Virus record (IMG/VR): IMGVR_UViG_3300012041_000001
Direction: 5' to 3' (one strand)
From: an uncultured virus (IMG/VR IMGVR_UViG_3300012041_000001)
Lineage: Duplodnaviria; Heunggongvirae; Uroviricota; Caudoviricetes
Length of the DNA: 64,000 nt
This document shows positions 38,191-50,100 of the stretch, in pieces. Within the stretch, counting starts at the first letter, position 1. Each line of letters begins with the position of its first letter. The translations under genes were made by a program, and so were the position numbers. The notes under the pieces were generated by a model, which worked only from the letters and a program-made list of their open reading frames with translations, was not told where the DNA came from and did no database searches.

Positions 38191-41100
38191 ATGGCTGCAC
38201 AACAATTTGATTTTAATACAGATCAACCCATACCTAGCAAACCAACTAACACTGGTACGCCAGATGTACCTATCAATCTTCCTTCACATGCCACAGGTCT
38301 TCCTGTATGGCAGTCCATGGATTTTTCTGACTTGGATACAAGTAGTGCAGCTAATATGTCTGCAGATGATATGTATGCAGCAATACCTAAAGAAGACAGA
38401 ACTTTTGACAGTGTTCAAGGAGCCATATTACCAGCCTTAGGCAGATACAAAACTGTATTCCCAGGAAGAGATTACGAAGAGATGCATGCCCAACAACAAG
38501 ACAAACTTGATAAGTGGGTAAATGGTACTACTAAAGCTCTAGGGACAACAGCATCATCATTCATTGGGGGTACACTTGGGCTTGTCTATGGAGCTGGAAA
38601 GGCCTATGCTGATCAAAGATTTTCCTCTATGTTTGACAATGAGGTGAATAGATATTTTGACGACCTCAATAAAAAGATGGAAGATGCTCTTCCTAACTAC
38701 TATACCCATGCTGAACAGGATTCCAGATGGTATTCCACTGATAATATATGGACAGCTAACTTCTGGTCTGATAAAGTTATCAAGAACTTAGGATATTCTG
38801 CAGGTTCAATGCTTGGTGGTGGACTTTGGGGTAAAGCTCTTAAAGGTATATTTGGGATTAACAAGTTAGTTAGAATGGGAAAAGGACTGGAACTAGCTAA
38901 AGGTGTTGATGATGCTATTGCATCAACTACAAGATTAAGTAGATTTGGTGCTGTTAGTGAAGCAATAGGTAGTATGGGTGCCAAAACTTTAAACCAGGCT
39001 GGTAAAATTATATCCAATAGTGAAAGAGGAATTGTCTCTCTTATGGGTTCTGCTGGAGAAGCCAGTATGGAAGCTCTAGGTAATATGAATAATTACAGGG
39101 ATAAGATGATTCAAAATTACATAGATAGAAATGGTTACCCTCCTACAGGTGATGACTTACTTGAAATTAATAATCATGCAGAGAAAATAGGTAACTTTAC
39201 CTGGGGAATGAATGTAGCTCTGCTTACAGCAACTAACTATATGATGCTCCCTAAAATCTTCAACAGTTCTAAAGCTGCTGAAAAAAGAGCAATGAATGAA
39301 GTTATTAAAGAAGGAGCAGAGGAAGGATTACAGGGATTAGAAAAAACAATGGCCAGAGTGGACGCTGCATATGTATCCAAACCTTTCATTCTTGAGAGAA
39401 TTGCTGGTAAAAAGATTGGTGGAGCCTTTGATAAGTACTTAGTTAAACCTGGAGCTCTGTTGTTTTCAAGAATGGAAGCCTTTGAGGAAGGTATGCAGTT
39501 TGCAATTGAATCAGGAACAGAAGATTATTTTAAAAGAGCTGAAGAAAATAACGAAGATATTGCAGATTTCTGGGATAATTTTACAGGTACCATGGGTAAT
39601 ATCTTTACTGAAGGTGTTCATAAAGCTTTGACCACTAAAGAAGGATTGGAAAGTATTCTTATTGGTGGTATTTCTGGAGGGTTACAAGGATCATTCTCTC
39701 CTTTTGGAGACAGTAAGTTGAGAGAAAGAGGTATCACAGGAAGAGGAGGATACAAAGGAAAAAATACTGATGCTGCTATTCAGGAACTAGGTAAGGGTAC
39801 TTTGACTAAAGCATTGAAAGATGCTAAAAAATATTTTAGTATTGGTATAAATTCCCAACAACTAAGACAAGCAGCAATTGCTGACAATAATACTCTGGCT
39901 GAAAAAGACTATGAGAGAGATTATGTTCAGGCTTATATTATGCCAAGAATCAAATATGGTAAACTTGAAGCCATAAAAGAAGAAATCTCTTTGTATAGAG
40001 AACAAGCAATGGCTAGTGATAAAGCTTTTGAGGCTATGCAGGATGAAGGTATTGTTTTAGAGAATGAAACAAGAGATCAATTTCTTGGTCGCTTATCCAG
40101 TCTTGAGAACACAGCTGTCCAAATGGATAAAATCTATAATACTATTAGTGACAATTACTCAGCTACAATGACTCCTGATGGTAAAAGAGTATATCCTGAT
40201 GATGTTGTGGATATGTTGGCTTATGCTTCTGGTAAAGTATTAGATTATGATACCAGATTAAGAGATTTAAATAGTTCTTTATTGGCAAGAGATGTTAAAA
40301 CTCTTCCAATTGAAGAAGCTATTAAAGCAAGTGAGGGGTGGAAAACAGGAGATGTAAACAAAATTGTTAATGACAAAGATGTTAAACAGGCTACTCTTGA
40401 TGCTCTTGCTGCAATAGAATCTCAAGAAGTAGATCCTAATAAAGATAAAAAAGATATCAAAAAAGATTTGGTAGACTTTGCTTCTATGTTGGTTAAAAGA
40501 AAAGCTTTTGCAACTGAGTATGAGAATATGAAAGCTAAGCCAGAAGAATATACAAGAGAAGAAAAGATTGATGTTACTGACCCAACTGGAGCACTTAAAA
40601 GAGACCCTACCAAACCAAGAGAGTCAATAATAATTAAAACCAAAAAAGGAGATAAACAAGTCTTTATTGGTGAGATGTATATGCAAGGCAGAATTACAGA
40701 GAAGAGTGCTAAAGATCATGATGTCTATAGTGCTCCTATAATTGTAGTATTAGGAAAAAATGCAGATGGTACATATAAAATCAAAACAGCTAGTGGAAAG
40801 ATAGTAGATAAAACTGCTCAGGAATTAGAAGAAGACAGTCTTTCCTTAGTAGAAGATTTAAAACAAAATAAAAAGGTAGCTTTCTATATAGCTAACTGGA
40901 ATACTATATATAAACACAGAGGAGCAAGAGTTAATGGTAAAGCTGCCATGGGTAGAATCCATTATGATAAAGAACTGGACAGAATAATGTTTGTTTATAA
41001 AAATCACAAAGGACAATTGGTACAAAAAGAGGTTATAAATACTGACCTCTCTATGAAAGAAGCCATTGCACAAGGATATAAACAACCTAAAATGACTCCT

Positions 41101-44100
41101 GAAGGTGTGCTTACTCCTAAGCAACAGGCAGCAACAGATGCTTTTGTAGCACAAAAAACTTCTATTTCTGAAAAGTTAAGAGTAAGAAATAGTATTATGG
41201 TTGATTTGTATAACACAAGCAAAGAACGTTTGGATAAAGTTGTCAAAGATTTAGAGAATGCCAAACAAAAACTAGCTTCTGAAACTGCCAAATTAGAACA
41301 ACAAATTAAAGAAGAGGCTGTAACCAAAACAGGAGAGGTACGTAAAAGAACAACCAAACTTTTCAGAGACCTAACTAAAACTCTTGCAACTCTAAGAGAA
41401 ACTCTTACTAATGATATTGAAGAACTGGAAGCTGAAAGAGAAGAGTTAGAAGCAACTATTCCTCAGTTTAAAGTTTTCTTAGATGATTTGGGTTCTGCTC
41501 CAGAGAGTGGTTTTGAAATGATTAAACAACTTAAAGGAGATATCAAAGATCTAGGAGAATTAGTTGAAGCTACTAAAGATGCTATCAAGCAAACTAAGTC
41601 AATGTTAGAGCATGTGAATGAGTTATTGGTAAATGCTCTTGGCGTGCTTAATACCTATATCAAAGATTTAAAAGCAAAAAATCCTAACATACCATTATTC
41701 GTAGATGACTTAATAGACAGAATAGAAAAATACCTAGGTCCTGAGGGAGCACAGAAATATGTGGATGATAGGCTTGGTCTCACAGAACAAGTGGTAGAGC
41801 TCGAGAGTGATATCAATAATTTCAAAGCAGAAATTAATGTACCTGCCCTTGAGAAGAGAGCTGGCGTCCTTACTGCTGATCTCCAGGAGCTTGAAAAAAG
41901 CTTAGCTGAATTGCTTGCTATGCAGAAAGCCAAAGAGGTAATATTAAATGAATTCAAAGAGTATGCTGTAAGAGAAGCAGAAACTAAGAAGGAGGAAAAG
42001 AAACTACAATCTAATCCTGACTTCTATAAACTTCTTGTGGGCACATTAAATAAAATTGCACAGAACTTCTTTGGTGGAAGAGATTATGAAGCTGAAGCCA
42101 AGAAACCAAATGTTGCTGTAGTATCTTCCACTCGTGCTATTGATGATGGTAAACCTCATCAGGCCAGAGCTAACCATTTTGGTGCAAGACTGGATAAAAT
42201 GCCTGACAGAAAAAGAAAAAACATAAAAGGTATTATAGTTACCCAAAAAACTCAGGCAGGAGTTATCGATGGCCTTGTTGAGCATTTACTCTCTATGGTT
42301 GAGGATGCAGAAGAAAGAGCTAAATATCCTGCAGATGAGTTTATAGTTATGGTTATGGTTGAGACTGACAGAAAAGGAAATAAGTTTCTTGTAGACCAGG
42401 ATGGTAAACGTATCCCTGCAGGAGCTGATGTTCTTAACACTGCCATCTATCAAGTGTTCCCTACCAAAAAACTACAGGGAACTTACAGAGATGCAAATGG
42501 TAAAAAAGTTTTAGGCAGTATGTTCAGAGATGATACTCCTAAAAATGTAGTTGATTCTCTTACTGCACAATATGAAGAATGGGTAGATAAACAATTAGCT
42601 TTGGATAAACACGAAGCAGCTTATGATATAACTGCTTCCTTTGGTTTCCCTGACTTTGTTAAGTATATGGGTGAGACTAAAGAAGAGATAGACCATAATG
42701 CAAGAACCTCAGCTAAAGCTGCAGGGCTTATAACAGATAAGGATTTAGAAATAGGACCTGTAGTTTCAGTTAAAATGAGTAGTAATCCTTTTACTGTAGG
42801 TAATACTACTTTCAAAGATCCTAAAGGAAGAGTGTTCTTGGTTCTTAAAAATGGTGTTGCCAAGTTATTTAACAAAAACTTTTCAGAGGATGAGGCTATT
42901 GTGATTTATGATGTAATGCATCAAGTATCCAAAAATCTTCTCAATAATGGAGGTAAATCAGATCCTGAGACAGAAGTACTATTTGACTGGCTTAGATCTA
43001 CAGTATATTGGGGATTTGCAAAAGACAGAAAAGGTAAAGAAAAACCAGCTGGCTACAATAATATATGGTTTAAGAAAGTAACTGATGAGAAGGGTGAAGA
43101 TAAAGTAAGATTGTTTATCTCTGGAAAAACCACTGATCCTGCTCAGGCTATGGAATTCACTCCAAGACAATTGGAAGCCAGAAGAGGAGAGATACTTATA
43201 GCTCTTCAAAAGATGTACAATAATACAAGTAATCATCTTTCCAATGAAAAATGGCAGGATCAATATGTTGAGATAATTGGCATAAAACCAGATGGTACTC
43301 CTGAAACTAGAGAGTGGCTTAACTATCAGACTTATTTATTATCAGATACATATCCTGATGGAAGTGAAAGAACAGGAGATAAGATACCTCTAACAACAAA
43401 ATTCAGACCATTAGTGGATGAGAATGATACCAACAGAAAAGGTATATACTTCTCTCTTACAAGTGGTCCTAAAATATTTGAAGAGCCTGAACCTGAAATA
43501 CCTAAAGAAGTTCCTGAAGAAGCACCTGAAGAAGATGAGGAAGTGGAGGAAGAAGAACCAGGTTATGTTACTGAAGAAGGATATGTATTCAATGGAACAA
43601 AAGAGAATACCATAATGCTTAACTCAGGTCCTGCTACCTTTACTATGGATATCTACAAGCATATGTTGGATGGTGCAGGACTATCTGTCTCTGCTCCTGG
43701 TTCTACAGTTGATGCTGTTATGAAGAAATTCAATGAGACTGAAGCACAGGCTATTGAAAGAATTACAAATACTGTAGCAACAAAGCTAAAAGATACCATT
43801 GATCAGGCCATGTCTGATTTACAGGCTGAACAAGAAGAAGGAAAAAAAGGAACAGAAGGAGTTCCTGAAGATCCTAAAGGCCCTCCAGTTAAAGTGGTTC
43901 CTACGCCTACTGTAGTGGGAGGGATTGACTTCAGTGGTAATACTTGGAATGACTTAACTATAAAGTTTGGTCCTATAAGATTTAAAATGGATGCTAAGAA
44001 GTTCTTGGCAGGTGACAGATCAAGAGATGCCATTGATGTTGAAGTTGATGATGTTATTCTTGAGGCTATCAAGACAGCTAAAGCAGCTGAGGGATATGAT

Positions 44101-47100
44101 GACCAGGATGCTATTGCTTTTGTTTATCAAAATATATTGTTCTTAATCAAGGATCAGTTGGCTTTGTTTGATATCAAACAGAACGCCACTCCTCCATTGA
44201 ACAATCCTCCTGTTGAAGAAACTGTTGTTGAGGAAGCTGAAACTCAGGTTATTCCCTATAAAGGAAATACCTATACTGTTGATTTTAAAACAGGTACTGT
44301 TACAAATAACAAAACAAAAAAAGTTGTATCTCCTACTTCAGTTGTAGGTAAGGCAGTACTTAACCAAGTGGATTGGGATAAAGGAGAGGAGAATGTGGAA
44401 ACTCCAGAAATTAAACCTGTATATCTTCCTGATACACCAGATGACTTCAATGATACACCTCTATTGAAAAGTATAGCCTCTGGCTTGAAAGTAGTATATG
44501 TTCCAAGATTCATCCAGGAAGAAGCTTATAAAAATGATAAGCAAAATCAAGGACACCAATCTATTGACAGAATAATAGAAAGAGGAGGATATTCCGTAGA
44601 GGAATTATTTAACTTATTACCTAATTGGAGAGAACTAATAAACAAAAAACTTGCTGAAAAAGCTAAAGCACCTAAAGCTCCTGCTGCTGTAGAAGTACAG
44701 AAACAAATTGAGGAAGTTAAGGAAGAAGGTAAAACAGCAAACGCTGCTGTAAAAACTGATATTGCTAATGCCAATAAAGTTAATCTTGAGGAAGCAGGTA
44801 AACCAGACAAGATTGATATCAACGACCCTTCGATTGGAACTGATGAGAGCGACGAGTTTGATTATCGTTTAGAAACTCTTGAACAAGCTAATGCTTTTGA
44901 AACTGAAAACTGGAAAAAAGTTGAAGAATTTATAGGTGAAAACTTTCCATGGATTCCTGTTTATAGAGTAATGAATATGATTAAAGCCACTAATGGTAGA
45001 CAAGCCCATGGTGCCCTGCATAAAGCTGCTATCTATCTGTCTCAAAATGCTGAGGTTGGTACTGTATACCACGAGGTATTTGAGGCTGTATGGAAAATGT
45101 TTGCTGGTCCAAAAGAAAAAGAGGCTATCATCAGAGAGTTCAGAAGCAGACCAGGGTACTTTATAGACAGAGAAGACCCACTACAAAGAAGAATTAAATA
45201 TTCTCAGGCTACCAGTCACCAGATAAAAGAACAGTTAGCAGAGGAGTTCAGAGATAAAAAGTTATATGGTAAAGACCCTATTACATATAAAGGAAAAAAT
45301 CAAGGCAACCTTATCAAAAGATTATTTGATGATTTGATTAATTGGTTAAATACATTCTTTACAGGGAAAGAAGCTATCAGCAATACTGAAAAATTATTCA
45401 GTAAAATAAGTAGTGGTTATTACAAAACATATAATCCTTACTTAACAAAATTATCTTTTGCTCAGGCAGGGATAATTGATATTGCAGATATTGATGTAGG
45501 TGATAGTGCTGAGTTGAGAATAAATAATATCCCTGCTATGCAGATTCATGATATTATTCAATTCATGACATTTAAAGCACTCTCTCCACTAGCTGAGTCT
45601 AATGAGATATTGTTCTCTCTTAAAAATGTTTTGGCTAAAGATAAGGGTAAAGCATATGAAGATTTAAAAAAACAGGTGCTCAGCAGACTTAAAACACAAG
45701 CCTTAACCTTATCAAAACAAGGTACTGAAAAAGGAGGATTTACCCCTGGAGAACAAAGAATGTATGAAAACATTGTACAACTATTTGATACTGTTCAGGA
45801 TGAGTGGGATGAAATTGTTGAGAAACATGCTGAGCATTTAAAAACATTTGGGTTAGAGTTTGATGAAAATGATGAGTTAAATTTAAATACAGAAGAAGCA
45901 GAAGGTAAATCTGATTGGCAAGATGCAAGAACTATTGATAGCTTCAGAAAAGCTAACAGCGCAGTTAAGTTATTGTTAGGTACACTGCCTGCCAAGAGAA
46001 TGGTAAATGGCAAACCTAAGATTATATTGTCTTCTATTGGTGGTCCTACATTATTACCTGCAGATGCTATTCATATAGATATGCAGAACAGGCTCCACGA
46101 TGCTGTTACTCCTGGTGAGATGATGGAGAGATTGAATAACATAGCTCTGAAAGAAGCTAATTATCACCAACTATTCAGACGTCTTACAGGACAAGACCCT
46201 TCTGAAAATGAATATGATTTCGCTGATATAGATGAGTCTGACTTCAGATTGATTAGTGCTTTCTGGAGAACCATGAAGAAACAGAATGCTGATGTTGTTA
46301 CAGTATTTGTTCAGCCTTCAGGAGAAGTTTTTGTTAGTGATAGTACTTTAGCCAATGCTTCTAAGGAATCAAAAAGATCTATGATGGGAAGTATTATAGC
46401 TGGTATGAAAGAAGAAACAACTCCATACTTTACATATGGGAAAGATGGTAAATACAGAGCTACAGATGTACTTAAGAAAGTGACGTTTGATAAAATGAAT
46501 TCATATACAAAATTTCTGGAAGGGTTGGGAATCATAATAGATCCTATCAGAATGGAAACAGAGTTTATGCCTCATGAACAAAAGAAATTCAAAGAGATAG
46601 TAGCGTGGATACAAAGTACCATAGCTGAGATTGGAGATAAAGAAACAGTGGTTGATCCAGAAACTGGAGAACAAGTTACATTGGATAGTGCAATTATGAC
46701 CATTAATTCCACTACTCTTGATATTGATACACGTATGTCTCAACTTGGCGTCTTTAAAGCCAAGCTCGATAATCCTATATTTGAGAGCACATACTTTAAT
46801 ATCAATGGGCAACGTACACAATCTTATGTAGGTCCTAATGCTCCAAGTAATTTCTATGATGTTATTTCCAAAGTACAACACTTTGAAGAAGACTTACAAG
46901 AACCACAGAATAGAGGATATCGTTATCTGTTAACAGACAAATTTGCTAAGGGTAGCTTGATACTTAAGAGAATGTTTGTACAGGAGAAAGATGGTACTTT
47001 CTCTGATAGAATAAGTGGTTCTGAAGGAATTATGAAAACTACTTTTGTTGATGGTACTGTAGATGAATATACTGGTAAGAAAAAAGAATCCTCAAAATTA

Positions 47101-50100
47101 AACTATGCTCAACGATTTCTGCAGGAAATCAATTTGAATATAGAAGGTATTTTCCTTAACCTGGTTCCTGGAGACTCTTCCATAGAGCATGCTAATAGAT
47201 TACACCATGATGATAAACCTTTTGTTAATACTTCAGCTTATCAAAATAAACTACATCTAGCAATCTTTAGGGATTATTTTATATCTGAAGTAGACTTGGC
47301 CAGAGATGATCGTCCTGTTGTAGGAGATAGAAAGACTACTGATTTACGTTTCTTTAAATCTATACTTGCTGATCCTAAATCTAAAACTCCTAATGCTTTA
47401 CATGATATGATTATGTACAGTGATGAAAGTGGTGCGCTTACTGCTGAGGAGTTATATGATGATTATAAAAAAGAAATTGATATTGCTGTACAAGAGTATA
47501 TAAAACAAGAGGCAAGAGATACCAAAGAATTATTTGATAGGTTTCAAATAATTAAATCAACCAAAGAGGGACTGGTAGCTCCAGGTTTGAATTTCAAAGA
47601 AGAAGAACTTTCTGGAGAGTTTCTTAAACAGAAACTTGAGGTGCTTTCCACTAACTATATAATAGCCAATATTGAGATGCACAAACTAATTTACTCAGAT
47701 CCTTATCAGTATACTGATGAGTTGAAACGTATCAAAAACTTTAACTCTCCAAGACAGGCATTATTATTTGGTACCCCACAACTTAATGCTTTTCTGCATA
47801 GTTTCTACAATAAAGGAGTTGACCCTAAAGATAAGTCTGCTTACTCTGATTTTAACAGAGATCACTTTAGAGCAATCAATATTGCTGACATTCTTGGTAT
47901 TGGAAAAAATATTGGCTACTCAGAACCTACTGAAACAACAGATGGTGGTGGATATATTACCATACAGGGTGCACGTAAGTTTAAATTAAGAGTAGGTGAG
48001 TGGACTCCTGCAAATGAAAAACAGTTTCAACATGACTTAGGTTATGAAAGATTAGCTAAATCTGGTGCAAGTAAAGAAGCACTTAAAAAATATGAGAGAA
48101 AGAATCCACATGTTAAGAACACTTACACTCCTATAAAACCTATTGTTTCTGGTAATAAAGAAAATGGTAGAGATTATAATGATGTAGTGTTACATAAATT
48201 TGCGTTAATTCCTATATCATATAGAATATTACATCAACTGGAAGAAAATTCCATGGCTGTAAAACTTTATGATAAAATGATTGATGAGGATATTGACTAT
48301 GCAGTATATGCTTCTGGAAGTAAAGTGGGTACTGAAAAAGTTCACGATATATATGACAGAGAAACTGGACAGTTTAATGATGCTCCTTTTGAAACAGAAG
48401 CAGAGAAACATGGTTTAATGACCAACGATTTTAAACGTGGAGTATCAAATATTCCTTTCTCTATTGTAGGTTTACAAACTGAAGTTCCTTCTAAAGACAC
48501 ACCATTAGTAACACAAGGATCTCAGATAACCAAGTTGGTTACCATGGACTTCTTGGAAGCTGGTGTACCTATTGACTTTATGCCTGGTGAAGAAGATTAT
48601 ATGAAAAGATTTAAAGCTTGGACTAAGCTTGATGAGAAAGGCAGAATGCAATCTGAATTGTACAGAAAGATTAAACATAACCAAGAACTTCTTGAAGAAA
48701 AAATTATTGAGGGATATGAGTCTTTGCTTAAAAAATTAGGTATTGAAGCTACTGTTAATGATGAAGGTGAAGCTGTTTTTATAATTAAAAGCAGAGAAAG
48801 ATTTATGAAAACCCTTAAGGATGAGATTCTTAAAAGAGAAGTTAATGATAACATCACTGCTTCTTTTGAAGGATTTGAAGATGGCCATGTCTTACTTGAA
48901 GCTACTCCTTCATACCAACAGATAAGAAATATACTTTACAGTATAGCTGATAAGAGTGTTGTAAGACAAAAAATCTCTGGGGGATTGAAAGTACAAATTC
49001 CTTCAGCAATGCTATTGGATAAATTCAAAGTTATTGTTGGTACTTTTACAAATGAGAAAACAGGAGAAACTAAACCTATACTTGAGTCTGAAGAATTGGC
49101 ATTTTATGAGAATGAAGATGGTAAGCGTGTGTGCGAGATTATGGTTGCAAGATGGTTTAAAAGCACTAAAACTGATGAGGAGTTACTGGAGTACTTCAAT
49201 GAAGATCCTGAGGGCCAGAAACAATTGGCTGCTCTTACAGGTATAGCTTTTCGTACCCCTACACAGAAACAAAACTCTATCGAAGTATTTAAGATAAAAA
49301 GATTCCTTCCTGAAGATTTTGGTGATAGTGTTATTGTTCCAGCAGACATTGTTAAAAAAACTGGATCTGACTTTGACATTGATAAATTATCTATTTATTT
49401 AAAATCATTGTTTGAAGATGTTGATGGTAAGATAAAAGTTATTCCTTTCTATGGATATGGTCAACAGGCTAAAGATAAGTTTGGGGCTATGTTTGACAAA
49501 ATATTAACCACTGAAAGACATAAAGCTATTTCAGGATTTGCAAATGCAGAATACATGAATGATATGTTTCGTGATATTGCTACTGGAAAAGCTACATCTA
49601 AAGACAGAGAGAAATGGATTCCTAAATTCCACGATATGTTTAGTGATCTTGCAGATGAGAATGGTGTTATTGATGCAGAAGATGTGAGACTGGAATTCTT
49701 ATACAGTATTCAGAAAAAAGGTAAAACTCTACTTAAGCTTACTAATGAAGATTTACAGGATGTGCAGAGAGATCTATTTATGGATAAGATGTATAGAAAA
49801 TCTTTGGAGAATGAATATATCAGCTCTCTTGAAGATTTAGTTTCTGATAAACATAATTTTGATGCTTTGGTTAGACCTAACTCTGCAGAGGATCTTGTAA
49901 AACTTAATAATAAAATCAATGAGTTAAAAGGCATTCCTAAAACTGACTATACCAATGTGGGTAATATGTTGAGCAGAAAGTTTATGTCAAAACAAAGACA
50001 CAATTTCGTTTCTGGTAAACAAGGAATTGCTATTGCTGCTATTGCTCAAACTAATAATGCCCAAAACCAACGAAGCCCTATATTTACAGATTTCAGAAAA

